From contig CAVYVT010000005.1 of NCBI GenBank assembly GCA_963772035.1, positions 98,189-162,188 on the forward strand: a stretch of DNA of 64,000 bases. Direction: 5' to 3'. Position 1 is the first letter of the stretch; each line of letters begins with the position of its first letter. Source of the DNA: an uncultured bacterium. Its GTDB lineage: Bacteria > Actinomycetota > Thermoleophilia > Solirubrobacterales > 70-9. Below, one piece after another: positions 38,713-51,413 of the stretch. The position numbers were made by a program, and so were the translations under genes. Below the pieces are notes generated by a model that saw nothing but the letters and a program-made list of their open reading frames with translations, searched no databases and was not told the DNA's origin.

Positions 38713-38943
38713 TTAAGCCTTGTACTCGTAATTAATCTTGCCCTGAGCGAGCTCTTCGAGAGCGATCGTCAGGTAGTTGCCGGAGCGGGTCTCCACCATC
38801 GGCGGCGTGTACTCCTCGTAGCTCCCCTCACCGAGGGCGCGGTAGTAGCTGTTCAGCTGACGAGCTCGCTTTGCGGCCACCAGGACGGCGGCGTAGTGCG
38901 AATCGGTTCGCTCGAGAAGGGTTTCGACTCTTGGCTTGACCAT
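38713..38943 (-). CDS. rpoZ: DNA-directed RNA polymerase subunit omega
   Basis: 76 aa: SHYAAVLVAAKRARQL..ALEELAQGKI. Confidence 0.85.
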   Translation of the reverse strand: MVKPRVETLLERTDSHYAAVLVAAKRARQLNSYYRALGEGSYEEYTPPMVETRSGNYLTIALEELAQGKINYEYKA

Positions 38944-38976
38944 TGGCCCTCAGGATACCCGGGCCAAGGGGAGTCG

Positions 38977-39540
38977 TCAGTCGGCCGATTCGGCCCGCAC
39001 GATCGCTTCCAGCTCGTCCGCGGCGCGTTCGAGATCCGAGTTGACGACAACGTGCTTGAACTCCTGCTGGGACTCGAGCTCGGCCTTTGCCGTTTCGAGA
39101 CGGCGCTCGATCGCCTCGATGGAGTCAGTGCCGCGGCCCGAGAGGCGCTCGCGGAGAACGGCCGGATCCGGCGGCGCGATGAAGATCAGGACGGCCTCGT
39201 CGCCCATCGCCGCCCGGACCTGACGGGCGCCCTGGACCTCGATCTCCAAGACCACGGACTTGCCGGCGTCCAGGGTCCGCTCGATCTCGGAGCGGAGAGT
39301 CCCGTACCGGTTGCCCGAGAAGGTGGCGTGCTCCAGGAAGTCGCCGGCCTCTGCCCGTTCGGCGAACTCCTCCGGAGAGAGGAAGTGGTAGTCCACGGCG
39401 TCCTCCTCGCCCTCGCGGGGCTCGCGGGTCGTTGCCGATACGGACAGCTCGAGGTCGGGATCACGCCCGCGCAGATCGCGGATGAGAGTGCCCTTGCCGA
39501 CCCCGGACGGGCCAGTGATCACGAAGACGCGCGCAGCCAT
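38977..39540 (-). CDS. gmk: Guanylate kinase
   Basis: P-loop GPSGVGKGT, TTREPREGE and YHF motifs. Confidence 0.9.
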   Translation of the reverse strand: MAARVFVITGPSGVGKGTLIRDLRGRDPDLELSVSATTREPREGEEDAVDYHFLSPEEFAERAEAGDFLEHATFSGNRYGTLRSEIERTLDAGKSVVLEIEVQGARQVRAAMGDEAVLIFIAPPDPAVLRERLSGRGTDSIEAIERRLETAKAELESQQEFKHVVVNSDLERAADELEAIVRAESAD

Positions 39541-39581
39541 GGGTTCCTAATACAACCCCGCCGACCGGACAAATGCCCCCG

Positions 39582-39920
39582 CTAGCGGCGGAGCATCTGG
39601 ACGAGCTCTGCGCGCTGGCGCTGCGAGAGCCCGCCGATGGTCTTCGACGGCGAGATCCGGCACTGGCCCAGGATCTTGTTCGCCTTGACGCGGCCGTACT
39701 TCGGGACCGCGAGGATCATGTCGAAGACCTTGGCCGTCATGACCCACTCGGGTGGGTCGAGGAGCAGCCCGTCCACCTGCGTCTTACCGGCCTTGAGATC
39801 GCGCTTCAGCTGTGCGCGGCGGGTGCGGATGTCGTTCGCACGCCGGAGTGCCTTCATCCGCTGGTCGTGTGTCCTTTCGGGGACAGGAGCGGCGGTGTCG
39901 ACGGGATTTGCGGCAGCCAT
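39582..39920 (-). CDS. mihF: Actinobacterial-type integration host factor
   Basis: 112 aa ending GRVKANKILGQCRISPSKTIGGLSQRQRAELV, in the conserved position upstream of gmk-rpoZ. Confidence 0.8.
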   Translation of the reverse strand: MAAANPVDTAAPVPERTHDQRMKALRRANDIRTRRAQLKRDLKAGKTQVDGLLLDPPEWVMTAKVFDMILAVPKYGRVKANKILGQCRISPSKTIGGLSQRQRAELVQMLRR

Positions 39921-39986
39921 GCGAGGGCGCGACTATAGCGCGGCTAAGGCCGACGGGCAAAGAGAATCGGCCTTAACCAGCTGAAT

Positions 39987-40886
39987 TCAATTCGACCTCA
40001 AGTTGAGGTGAAGGGTCGAGGCGTCATAGTTCGACGCCGCGAGCCCCTCTCGTACCTCGATTCCAGCCCCCGGATTCCGGAAGTTTGCGGTCCCGACGGC
40101 GATCAGATCGGCTCCGCATGCCATGAACTCCGCAGCGTCAGAGGCCGTTTCGATGCCGCCCATGCCGATTACGGCAATCGACACCGCGGCGGAGACACGC
40201 CGTACCTGCTCGAGCGCGACCGCCTTCACCGCGGGGCCGGACAACCCGCCGCTTCCCGCTCCCAGCCAGGGCTCGGAGGTACCCGGCGCAAGGGCCGTTG
40301 CGCGCAGAGTGTTGATGAGGGAGACCGCGTCGGCTCCCCCCTCTTCCGCCGCGATTGCGATCGCCGCGGGGTCCGCGGTATTCGGCGTCAGCTTCACCAC
40401 GATGGGCTTCTCGGTCCGCTCGCGCAGCGCGGATAAAAGAGCGTGCGTCTCCGTTGGCTGCTCGCCGACGATGAGTCCGGACTTCACGTTGGGACACGAG
40501 ACGTTCAGCTCCAGCGCGGCAACCTCGTCGCGCCCTCCCACCCCGTCGACGAGCCGCTCGAAGCCGGCGCGGTCCGTTGCCATCACGGAAACGATCAGGG
40601 GCACCGGCAGCTCGGCGAGCTGGGGCAGGTCATTGGCGAGAAACCCATCGAGCCCCTTGTTCGGCAGACCGATCGAGTTGATCATCCCGCTCGGCGTTTC
40701 GTAAAGGCGCGGGGGCGGGTTGCCCGCGCGCGGCTCCGGCGTGATCGTCTTCGAGACGAACGCGCTGAACGGGAAGTGGGCATGGAGGGAGTCGCCGAAC
40801 GCGCGGCGGGCAGCGATCGCGTCGAAGGTTCCCGAGGCGTTCAACACCGGGTGCTCAAGCGAGAGTGAGCCGATGTCGTAGCTCAT
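39987..40886 (-). CDS. pyrD: Dihydroorotate dehydrogenase, class 1B catalytic subunit
   Basis: Start at ATG 40886 (ATGA overlap with the pyrK stop) gives [21 protein letters not shown]. Also NVSCPN and GGI motifs. The track extension to 41225 is spurious. Confidence 0.9.
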   Translation of the reverse strand: MSYDIGSLSLEHPVLNASGTFDAIAARRAFGDSLHAHFPFSAFVSKTITPEPRAGNPPPRLYETPSGMINSIGLPNKGLDGFLANDLPQLAELPVPLIVSVMATDRAGFERLVDGVGGRDEVAALELNVSCPNVKSGLIVGEQPTETHALLSALRERTEKPIVVKLTPNTADPAAIAIAAEEGGADAVSLINTLRATALAPGTSEPWLGAGSGGLSGPAVKAVALEQVRRVSAAVSIAVIGMGGIETASDAAEFMACGADLIAVGTANFRNPGAGIEVREGLAASNYDASTLHLNLRSN

Positions 40887-41730
40887 CGGTGTCCCGATCC
40901 TGCGACGAGGGCGGTCTCGATCTGGCTGCCCCGGACCACGGGTCCATCCACACAGAGGCGCATGTAGCCCCCGTCGGCGAGCGGCACCGCGCAGCCGAAG
41001 CACGCGCCGTAGCCACATGCCATCGGGGCCTCCATCGCAAGCTCCACCTGCGCGCCGCGTTCGGCGCAGATGGCTCGCACCGCCTCGAGCATCGCCGGCG
41101 GCCCGCATGCGTACACGGCGGCATTGCCCGCGTCGTCGCCCTTGAGCGCAACCTGGAGGAGATCGGTGACGTACCCCTTGTGGCCGCGGTGGCCGTCCTC
41201 GAACGCGAGCCCAACCTCCTGGCACGCTCCGAAGAGCTCGAGTCCGCCCGAGTGGGCCTCGTCGCGAAAGCCGAGAAGCGTGCGCCCTGGAACGCCTTGC
41301 GCGGTCAGGTGGCGGCGGAGGATCGCAATCGGCGCCACTCCGATCCCCCCGCCGATCATGATCGCGCCGGGGGCGCCCGGGTTGACCTCCGAGGGCTCGG
41401 AAAAGGGGCGACCCAGCGGCCCCGTCAGGGTCAGTTCGGCGCCGGGTTGGAGGGCCGCCAGGACCGAGGTGCCGGGCCCAACGGCCTCCAGGAGAAACTC
41501 AAGTCGCACTCCGTCGTCGGTGCGCTCAGCGGCAGCGACCGAGAAGGCGCGCGGCAGGAACGGGCGGCCTCCTCGCGAGCCCCAGCCTTCTGAGCGCAGC
41601 ATGTAGAACTGCCCAGGGGCCGGGTCCGGCCCTTCGGCGTCGAGCGCGGTGAAGACGACGTAGCCACCCGTCTCACGCCGGGCCACAACGCTCGTCGTCC
41701 GAGCGCCGAAGGGAGCGAGAACCCGCGGGG

Positions 41731-41734
<4 letters not shown>
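40883..41734 (-). CDS. pyrK: Dihydroorotate dehydrogenase electron-transfer subunit
   Basis: FAD/NAD-binding fold and C-terminal 2Fe-2S cluster [15 protein letters not shown] at 41734 overlaps the carB stop (GTGA). Confidence 0.85.
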
Positions 41735-44832
<3,098 letters not shown>

Positions 44833-45945
44833 CTACGCGGCCATCTCGAGGAACTCGTCGAAGAGGTGGCGCGCATCGTGGGGCCCCGGTCCCGCCTCGG
44901 GGTGGTACTGCACGGTGCGCGCCGGCACGTCTTTCAAGACCAGTCCCTCGACCGTGCGGTCGTAGAGGTTGAGATGGGAGAGCTCAGCGGCGCCGAAGTC
45001 GGTGTCCCAGCGCACCGGCTCGTCCGTGTCGATGGTCTGGCCGCCGTCGGGGAGCGAGACGGCGAAGCCGTGGTTTTGCGAGGTGATCTCGATCCTGCCG
45101 GTAGAGAGCTCTTTTACGGGGTGGTTGGCGCCGCGGTGGCCGAAGGGGAGCTTGAAGGTCTCCAGGCCGACCGCGCGGCAGAGGAGCTGGTGGCCCAGGC
45201 AGATGCCGACCACGGGCTTCTTCCCGACGATCTGCCGGACCGTGCCGACGACCTGGTCGAGAGCGGCAGGGTCGCCCGGGCCGTTCGCGAGAAAGACGAG
45301 GTCGGGGTCGAGCGCCATGACATCTGCTGCGCCCGTCGTGCAGGGCAGGAGGGTCACCTTCGCGCCGCGCTCGCGGAACTGGCGGACGATGCTGAGCTTG
45401 ATGCCGGTGTCGAGGGCGACGACGTGCGGGCCGTCCCCTTCGATCTCAACGGGCGCATCAGGCGAGACGGTGGAGGCGTAGTCTGCGCCGGCCATCGAGG
45501 GCTCGGCGGCGATCAGCTCGCGCGCATCGTCCTGCGAGGTCTCGGCGCTGAAGACGCCTCCGCGCATGGCGCCCGCGTCGCGGATGTGGCGGACGAGCGA
45601 GCGGGTGTCGACGCCCGTGATGGCTGGAACGCCGCAGTCGCGCAGCCAGTCCAGCCAGCCGCGCTCGGCGGTCGCGGCGTCCTCGGAGTTCCGGGCGTCG
45701 CGCATGATCGCTGCGCGGGCGTGGATGCGGTCCGACTCCATTGCCCGCTCGGCGACCCCGTAGTTCCCGATCATCGGGTAGGTGAAGGTGATGAGCTGGC
45801 CCGCGTACGAGGGGTCGGTGACAGCCTCCTGGTAGCCGGTCATGGAGGTGTTGAAGACGACCTCGCCGACGGCGCTCACGCCCTCGGCGCCACACGCCTC
45901 CCCCTCGAAGAGGGTGCCGTCCTCCAGGAGGATGTACCCGCTCAC
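44833..45945 (-). CDS. carA: Carbamoyl-phosphate synthase small (glutaminase) subunit
   Basis: Start at GTG 45945 (GTGA overlap with the pyrC stop) gives VSGYILLEDGTLFEG. Catalytic GICLGHQLL and the HGFAV..QYHPE motifs. Confidence 0.9.
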   Translation of the reverse strand: MSGYILLEDGTLFEGEACGAEGVSAVGEVVFNTSMTGYQEAVTDPSYAGQLITFTYPMIGNYGVAERAMESDRIHARAAIMRDARNSEDAATAERGWLDWLRDCGVPAITGVDTRSLVRHIRDAGAMRGGVFSAETSQDDARELIAAEPSMAGADYASTVSPDAPVEIEGDGPHVVALDTGIKLSIVRQFRERGAKVTLLPCTTGAADVMALDPDLVFLANGPGDPAALDQVVGTVRQIVGKKPVVGICLGHQLLCRAVGLETFKLPFGHRGANHPVKELSTGRIEITSQNHGFAVSLPDGGQTIDTDEPVRWDTDFGAAELSHLNLYDRTVEGLVLKDVPARTVQYHPEAGPGPHDARHLFDEFLEMAA

Positions 45946-47298
45946 GATGCCACCCCCATGGCGAAAGACCTTTGTCTGAAAGCGACTTGGCCGGCGACGA
46001 TCGTCATCTGCGAGCGGCCCTGGAGCTTGCGCCCGGCGAAGCAGGAGTTCTCCGAGCGGCTCTCCCAGCCGTCGGCTCCCGCCTCCCACTCGGCGTCCAG
46101 GTCGATCAGCGCGACGTTCGCCTCGGAGTCGGGCGCCAAGCTGGGCGCCTCGAAGCCGAATGCGGTAGCTCCGGCCGAAAGGCGCTCGATCACCGTCGCC
46201 AGATCGAGGATCCCCGGAACGATCAAGTCGGTGTTCAAGACCGCGAATGCCGTTTCGAGGCCGGTGACTCCCATCGCTGCCTCCTCGAAGGGGACTTCCT
46301 TGTCCTCGAGCGTGTGGGGGGCGTGGTCGGTGGCGATCGTGTCGATGAGGCCCGGAGCGGACCGCCTCGATGAGCGCCTGGCGGTCGTCCTCGGAGCGAA
46401 GCGGCGGATTCATCTTGAAGCGGGAGTCGAGGGAGCGGACGGCCTCGTCGGTGAGCGTGAGGTGATGCGGCGTCGCCTCGCAGGTGATCTGGACACCCTG
46501 CGCCTTGGCGGCCTCCACGACCTGGACCGACTCGCGCGCCGAAAGGTGCTGGACGTGGATGCGCGCGTTCTCGTAAATGGCGAGCGCGCAGTCGCGAGCG
46601 ATCATCGTGGACTCGGACACCGCTGGCACACCGGCCATTCCCAGGATCGCGGCGACCTCGCCCTCGTGCATGACGCCCTTGCCGGAGAGATCGGGGTCCT
46701 CCTCGTGGAGCGCGATCTGAAGGCCGGCGAGCGCTTGATACTGGAGCGCTCGACGCATGACGCGGGCGCTTTGGATGGGCAGGCCGTCGTCGGAGAAGCC
46801 GACGGCGCCGGCGTCGCGAAGCTCGGCCATGTCGGTGAGCTCGTCGCCTCGCATGCCGCGCGTGACGGTGGCGACGAAACCGACGGGAACGGTGGCGTCT
46901 GTCTGCGCGCGTTCGCGAAGCGACTCGATGGCGGCGGGGGTATCGACCGGCGGCACGGTGTTGGCCATGCCGATGATGCCGCAGTAGCCACCCGCGGCGG
47001 CAGCGCGGCTGCCCGTCTCGATGTCCTCTTTGTCCTCCCGGCCAGGGGCGCGCAGGTGGACGTGCGGGTCGAAGAAGGCGGGCACGGCCAGAAGGCCGTC
47101 CGCTTCGACGACTTCGGCACCCTCGGCGTCTGCCTTGCCGGCGGCCGCCAGCTCGGCGATGCGGCCGTCGCGGATGACGACGTCATGCGGGGCGTCGATC
47201 TCAGCGCGTGGGTCCAGCGCGCGAGCGTTTCGCAGGATGACCGTCTCGGCGGGCCCGTTCGCTCCGCGCCAGTCCAGGCTCGAAATCGCGCGGATCAC
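45942..47298 (-). pseudogene. pyrC: Dihydroorotase interrupted by an apparent 1-nt insertion
   Basis: The N-part (DPHVHLRAPG..EATPHHLTL..EAVRSG) is in the frame of track ORF 44833..47298. The continuation LIDTIATDHAPHTLEDKEVPFEEAAMGVTGLETAF.. is in the frame of ORF 45942..46274. The switch is at the GGG run at 46351-46353. Confidence 0.85.
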
Positions 47299-48266
47299 GC
47301 GGGCTCCCCGATCGGAGTAGGCGCCGGGAGCTCGGCGTCGGGATCGAGGCGCCCGGCCTTCGAACGGTCGCCACCGGCGAGGAGTTCGTAAAGGATCGCC
47401 ATTCGGACGAAGAGGCCGTATTTCACCTGCTCGTTCACCAGCGAGTTGGGGCCGTCGAGTGCCTCGCCCGAGAGCTCGACGCCTCGGTTGACGGGGCCCG
47501 GGTGCATCAGTAGCTGGCGCGGGCCCAGGCGGCGGCCGTTCACCTGGTACTGGATGGCGTACTCGCGAAGCGAGGGGACGAAGCTCTCCGACATGCGCTC
47601 CTTCTGCATTCGCAGGGCGTAGACGACATCCGCCTCGGCGAGGCCTCCGATGTCATAGGTGACCTCGCAGCCCAGCGCGGCCGCGGCGTCACGTGGAATG
47701 AGCGTCGGCGGGCCGCAGAGCGTGACCTCGGCGCCCATGAGGCGGAAGGCCATGGCCGAGGAGCGGGCGACGCGGCTGTGCAGGACGTCGCCGACGATCC
47801 AGATCTTCTTGCCGTCGAGCGAGTCGAGGCGGCTGCGCAGGGTGTAGACGTCCAGGAGGGCCTGGCTCGGGTGCTCGTGCTTTCCGTCGCCTGCGTTGAC
47901 GACAGCGGCGTCGGTCCATCCGGTGACGAGCTTTGCCGCGCCCGCGTGCGGCGAGCGGATCACGATCGCCTCAGGCTCGAAGGATGAGAGCGTCGCGATC
48001 GTGTCCTTGAGCGACTCGCCCTTGTCGACAGAGGAGCCGGCGGCCTTGATGGAGACGAGGTCCGCGGAGAGACGCTTGGCGGCCAGCTCGAAGGAGGCGC
48101 TCGTCCGTGTCGATGATTCGTAGAAGAGCGAGACGATGGTGCGCCCGCGAAGCGTGGGCACCTTCTTGATGTCGCGGCGGCCGACCTCGGCAAACGAGTC
48201 TGCACGTTCCATCAGGCGCTCCACGTCAGCGCGTTCCAGGTCGTCGATCGAGAGCAAATGCCTCAT
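47295..48266 (-). CDS. pyrB: Aspartate carbamoyltransferase catalytic subunit
   Basis: Motifs ESSTRTSASFELA, HPSQALLD and HPGP. Confidence 0.95.
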   Translation of the reverse strand: MRHLLSIDDLERADVERLMERADSFAEVGRRDIKKVPTLRGRTIVSLFYESSTRTSASFELAAKRLSADLVSIKAAGSSVDKGESLKDTIATLSSFEPEAIVIRSPHAGAAKLVTGWTDAAVVNAGDGKHEHPSQALLDVYTLRSRLDSLDGKKIWIVGDVLHSRVARSSAMAFRLMGAEVTLCGPPTLIPRDAAAALGCEVTYDIGGLAEADVVYALRMQKERMSESFVPSLREYAIQYQVNGRRLGPRQLLMHPGPVNRGVELSGEALDGPNSLVNEQVKYGLFVRMAILYELLAGGDRSKAGRLDPDAELPAPTPIGEPA

Positions 48267-48835
48267 GCGTCCTCGCTTTCCGTGGCGGCGCCGACCGGCG
48301 CTCCGGCGGCGATCGTCACCTCGTCCACCTCGTCGTGCTCCTCGAGCCTCACGAAGACGCGCTCGTCGCGTGAGGTCGGCAGGTTCTTGCCGACGTAGTC
48401 GGCGCGGAAGGGAAGCTCGCGGTGCCCGCGGTCGGCCAGGACGGCGAGCTGGATGCGCTCGGGGCGGCCGTAGTCGAAGAGGGCGTCGATGGCGGCGCGC
48501 ACCGTGCGGCCGGTGAAGAGGACGTCGTCGACGAGCACGACCGTGCGGCCTTCCATCTCGAAGTCGAGGTGCGATGCATGGACGACGGGCGAGTCGTTGG
48601 GGCCGCGGGCGTCGATGTCGTCGCGGTAGAAGGAGATGTCGATATCGCCGAGCGGGACGGTCTCGCCGGTGAGCTCACCGACGAGGGTGTGGAGGCGGCG
48701 GGCGACAATCGCTCCGCGGGTGTGAATGCCAACGATCGCGAGCGCCTCGGAGGCGTTCTTTTCGACGATCTCGTGCGCGATCCGAACCAGGGTTCGGCGC
48801 AGGTCATCACGGTCAAGTACGACTTTTTCGTTCAC
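48263..48835 (-). CDS. pyrR: Bifunctional pyr operon regulator / uracil phosphoribosyltransferase
   Basis: Start at GTG 48835 gives VNEKVVLDRDDLRRTLVRIAHEI. PRPP motif VVLVDDVLFTGRT. The remaining 330 codons of the 525-aa track ORF are antisense to the hydrolase gene. Confidence 0.85.
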   Translation of the reverse strand: MNEKVVLDRDDLRRTLVRIAHEIVEKNASEALAIVGIHTRGAIVARRLHTLVGELTGETVPLGDIDISFYRDDIDARGPNDSPVVHASHLDFEMEGRTVVLVDDVLFTGRTVRAAIDALFDYGRPERIQLAVLADRGHRELPFRADYVGKNLPTSRDERVFVRLEEHDEVDEVTIAAGAPVGAATESEDA

Positions 48836-48838
48836 GCG

Positions 48839-48873
48839 CCCCTTCTTGGCCTCACAGGGCCTGGTTAAAGGAA
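48839..48873 (-). promoter_or_regulatory. Candidate PyrR-binding stem-loop overlapping the pyrR RBS and start
   Basis: The minus-strand RNA reads UUCCUUUAACCAGGCCCUGUGAGGCCAAGAAGGGG. It resembles, from memory, the CCUUUAA..CAGUCCAGAGAGGCUG..GAAGG pyr leader binding loop. It ends 3 nt before the GTG start. Confidence 0.4.
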
Positions 48874-48940
48874 CCGACCAGTCGAGACTAGCAACGGTTC
48901 CGGCGGGCGGCAAACGGCGATTCCGCACATTGCGGGTGGC

Positions 48941-49891
48941 ATGATGCGACTTGTGCCTCCTCCTCGCAAGATGCACATGCCTCGCCGAAACGTCCGGCCT
49001 CCCAGCCGGCTGCGCGAGATCGACCGCGACGTGAACGACGCGATCGCGCGCCATTCGGCAGCCGGGATGCGGTTCGAGGCGGGCGGCGTGCGCGCGTTCG
49101 CTCGCCAGCAGGGCGAGGGCGCGGATGTCGTCCTCCTTCACGGCGTGCCCACCTCGTCCTTTCTCTACCGCCGCGTGCTTCCGGTGCTGGCCGATCAGGG
49201 ACTGCGCGGGACGGCCTTCGACTTCCCGGGCCTCGGGCTGTCGGATCGGCCGGCGCCGTTCGACTATTCGTGGTCGGGCCTCGCGTCCTGGACCGGAGAC
49301 GCGATCGATGCGCTGGGTCTCGACCGCGTGCACCTCGTGGTCCACGACATCGGCGGGCCAATCGGCCTCGAGTGGGCGATCCACAACCCGGACCGGGTCT
49401 TGTCGGTCACCGTGCTCAACACCGTTCTGGACGTCGCGGAGTTCAAGCGCCCTTGGCCGATGGCTCCATTCGCGGTCCCGGGTCTTGGTGAGGTGTGGCT
49501 TCGCTTGAGCCCGCGCTTCCTCTTTTCCGAGATCTTCTATGCGCAGGGAATCACGGACCGCACGCACGTGCCCCGCTCTCAGGTCTACGCGCACATCGCG
49601 CTGCTGCGCCTCCACGACCGCGGTCGGGCCTTCCTCGAGATCATGCGCGGCTTCGAGCTCTCCGAGGAGAAGGAGCGGTTCTTCCGCGAAGGGCTCGCCG
49701 ACAGGTCTTATCCCGTGCGTGCGGTCTGGGGCGAGAAGGACCCGGCGCTCGGCCTGGATCGCCTCGAGGCGGCCAAGGGGATCCTCGGCATCGACGACGC
49801 GCTGCTGCTCGACGCGAAACACTTCCTCCAGGAAGACCACCCGGACGAAGTAGCGCAGGCGATCGCGGACCTCGCAGCGCCGTTGGGCTAG
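48941..49891 (+). CDS. Alpha/beta hydrolase (haloalkane-dehalogenase-like fold)
   Basis: Motifs LLHGVPTSSFLYRRV and nucleophile VVHDIGGP. The start is uncertain; ATG at 49067 (MRFEAGG) is an alternative. Confidence 0.75.
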   Translation: MMRLVPPPRKMHMPRRNVRPPSRLREIDRDVNDAIARHSAAGMRFEAGGVRAFARQQGEGADVVLLHGVPTSSFLYRRVLPVLADQGLRGTAFDFPGLGLSDRPAPFDYSWSGLASWTGDAIDALGLDRVHLVVHDIGGPIGLEWAIHNPDRVLSVTVLNTVLDVAEFKRPWPMAPFAVPGLGEVWLRLSPRFLFSEIFYAQGITDRTHVPRSQVYAHIALLRLHDRGRAFLEIMRGFELSEEKERFFREGLADRSYPVRAVWGEKDPALGLDRLEAAKGILGIDDALLLDAKHFLQEDHPDEVAQAIADLAAPLG

Positions 49892-50832
49892 GCGGGTTTC
49901 GGCGCCTTCGCGCCGCGCTCGATCAGGGTGGGCTCCCCGCGCTCGGGGAACGGGATTTCGACGACATCGAAGTCTCGCGGTGCGATCGCGCCGGGAAACT
50001 CTTCGCGCGCCTCTTCGAGTACGGCGCCCACGTGGTAGCGCGACGAGATATGGACGAGCGCGAGCATGCGCACCTGGGCTTCGACGGCAAGCTTTGCGGC
50101 CTGACGGGCCGTTGAGTGCTTTGTCTCTTGCGCGCGTTGGGCCTCGTCGTCGGCGAAGCTCGCTTCGTGGACGAGCAGTTCCGCCTCGTGGGCGGCGACG
50201 AGCGCGAGCTCGCAGGGCTCGGTGTCGCCCGTGACGACGATCTTCCGGCCTGGGCGGGTCTCCCCCATCACCTGCGCGGGCTCGACGCCGTTCACGCTCT
50301 CGCCGGCCTGAAGGCGCGCGAAGTCGGGGCCGGGGCCAACGCCCAGGCGCTCGGCCTCGGCAGGGTCGAAGCGTCCGGGCCGCTCGTCTTCGACCAGCGC
50401 ATAGCCGAACGCGCGCACGCGGTGCTCGACTTCGAACGGCCGCATCTCATACGTTTCGTACCGGACCGGCGCGGAACCGCTGAGCTCGATCAGCTCGAGC
50501 GGGTAGGAGACGTTGCCCATGATGCGACGCAGGGCGACGAAGAGCTCCTCGAGGCCGGGAGGGCCGAAGATGCGGAGCGGGGTCTCGCGCCCGTTCAACT
50601 CATAGGTCTTCAGCAGGCCCGGGACGCCGAGGTAATGGTCGGCGTGGAAGTGCGTGATGTAGAGGTCGTCGACCTGGACCAGCCCGGTCGAACGCTGCAT
50701 CTGTCGCTGAGCGCCCTCGCCGCAGTCGATGAGGATCCGATCCCCGCCCGCGCGAACGAGCAGGCAAGCCGTCGCCCTCCGAGCCGTAGGCACAGAGCCA
50801 CCCGTGCCGAGAAAAACAACATCGAGGTCCAT
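49888..50832 (-). CDS. rnz: Ribonuclease Z
   Basis: 314 aa: MDLDVVFLGTGGSVPT and metallo-beta-lactamase motif HFHADH. 4-nt convergent overlap with the hydrolase gene. Confidence 0.85.
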   Translation of the reverse strand: MDLDVVFLGTGGSVPTARRATACLLVRAGGDRILIDCGEGAQRQMQRSTGLVQVDDLYITHFHADHYLGVPGLLKTYELNGRETPLRIFGPPGLEELFVALRRIMGNVSYPLELIELSGSAPVRYETYEMRPFEVEHRVRAFGYALVEDERPGRFDPAEAERLGVGPGPDFARLQAGESVNGVEPAQVMGETRPGRKIVVTGDTEPCELALVAAHEAELLVHEASFADDEAQRAQETKHSTARQAAKLAVEAQVRMLALVHISSRYHVGAVLEEAREEFPGAIAPRDFDVVEIPFPERGEPTLIERGAKAPKPA

Positions 50833-50866
50833 GCGGGCGAGCGTAACGCTGGAGACGGCTTCCAGC

Positions 50867-51334
50867 TCAGGCGGCGTCGAGATCTAGCTGCGGAGTAGCA
50901 GGGTGGTCATCGAGCAACCGAAGCAAGCGATCCTCGTCCCACTGGGAGATCTCAAACTGGTCGGCGTACCGAACGCGACGACTTTGGTTGTTTCGTGTCG
51001 GCTCGATCCTCAGACGCCCGCTCTGCGATGCAACGCCATTGAGCGGCACGAGGTAGACGGCGTCTCTGTCCGGAGAGAAGACCCCGAACACGTCAGCCCG
51101 TCCGACGTATGAGCCGATCCCGTTGCCGTGATCCGTCGCGTAAGGGTTGAACAGCACACAACCTTGCTTCACCCACGCCGTCTTTACTTGAACTCGAATG
51201 AACCGACCCGCGATGTGTACGACGAGATCGAACGGGTGCCCCTCGCCGAAAGGCAAGAGGACGTCGTAGCCGCGGAGAACAAGCGCATTCAAGACCGCGC
51301 CCTCCGCCGCATTTCCACTCGTCGCAGTCTTCAT
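50867..51334 (-). CDS. PD-(D/E)XK endonuclease of the group-I-intron-endonuclease-like family (free-standing)
   Basis: 155 aa: AEGAVLNALVLRGYDVLLPFGEGHPFDLVVHIAGRFIRVQVKT..ADVFGVFSPDRDAVYLVP. This matches the E..D..(Q/E)xK layout I associate with I-Ssp6803I-type enzymes. The gene looks less GC-rich than its neighbours. Confidence 0.6.
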   Translation of the reverse strand: MKTATSGNAAEGAVLNALVLRGYDVLLPFGEGHPFDLVVHIAGRFIRVQVKTAWVKQGCVLFNPYATDHGNGIGSYVGRADVFGVFSPDRDAVYLVPLNGVASQSGRLRIEPTRNNQSRRVRYADQFEISQWDEDRLLRLLDDHPATPQLDLDAA

Positions 51335-51413
51335 GAGCCCACGCTAGCTCGCGGGTCGGACGAACATACGTTCGTGCCAGGCATGCCTCCCTGCGACTAA
51401 GCTGCCGATTGAA

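Noticed and set aside
37420-39585. 721-aa plus-strand ORF opposite coaBC, rpoZ and gmk
   Set aside because: It has the same antisense-shadow character and spans three well-supported minus-strand genes and their intergenic gaps.
40887-41225. N-terminal extension of the pyrD ORF (and a similar extension of pyrK at 41735..41854)
   Set aside because: The extensions overlap the upstream genes in another frame and are Arg/Gly-rich nonsense. Canonical N-termini start at the ATGA and GTGA overlap codons.
44833-47298. 821-aa ORF that looks like a PyrC-CarA fusion protein
   Set aside because: The middle 130 residues or so are R/P/G nonsense. The true PyrC C-terminus is in the neighbouring frame (45942..46274), and CarA has its own GTG start at 45945 overlapping the PyrC stop. 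The fusion is a by-product of the one-base frame break.
48836-49840. N-terminal 330 codons of the 525-aa ORF containing pyrR
   Set aside because: PyrR homology begins only at GTG 48835. The upstream part is antisense to the alpha/beta hydrolase gene and crosses the promoter region.
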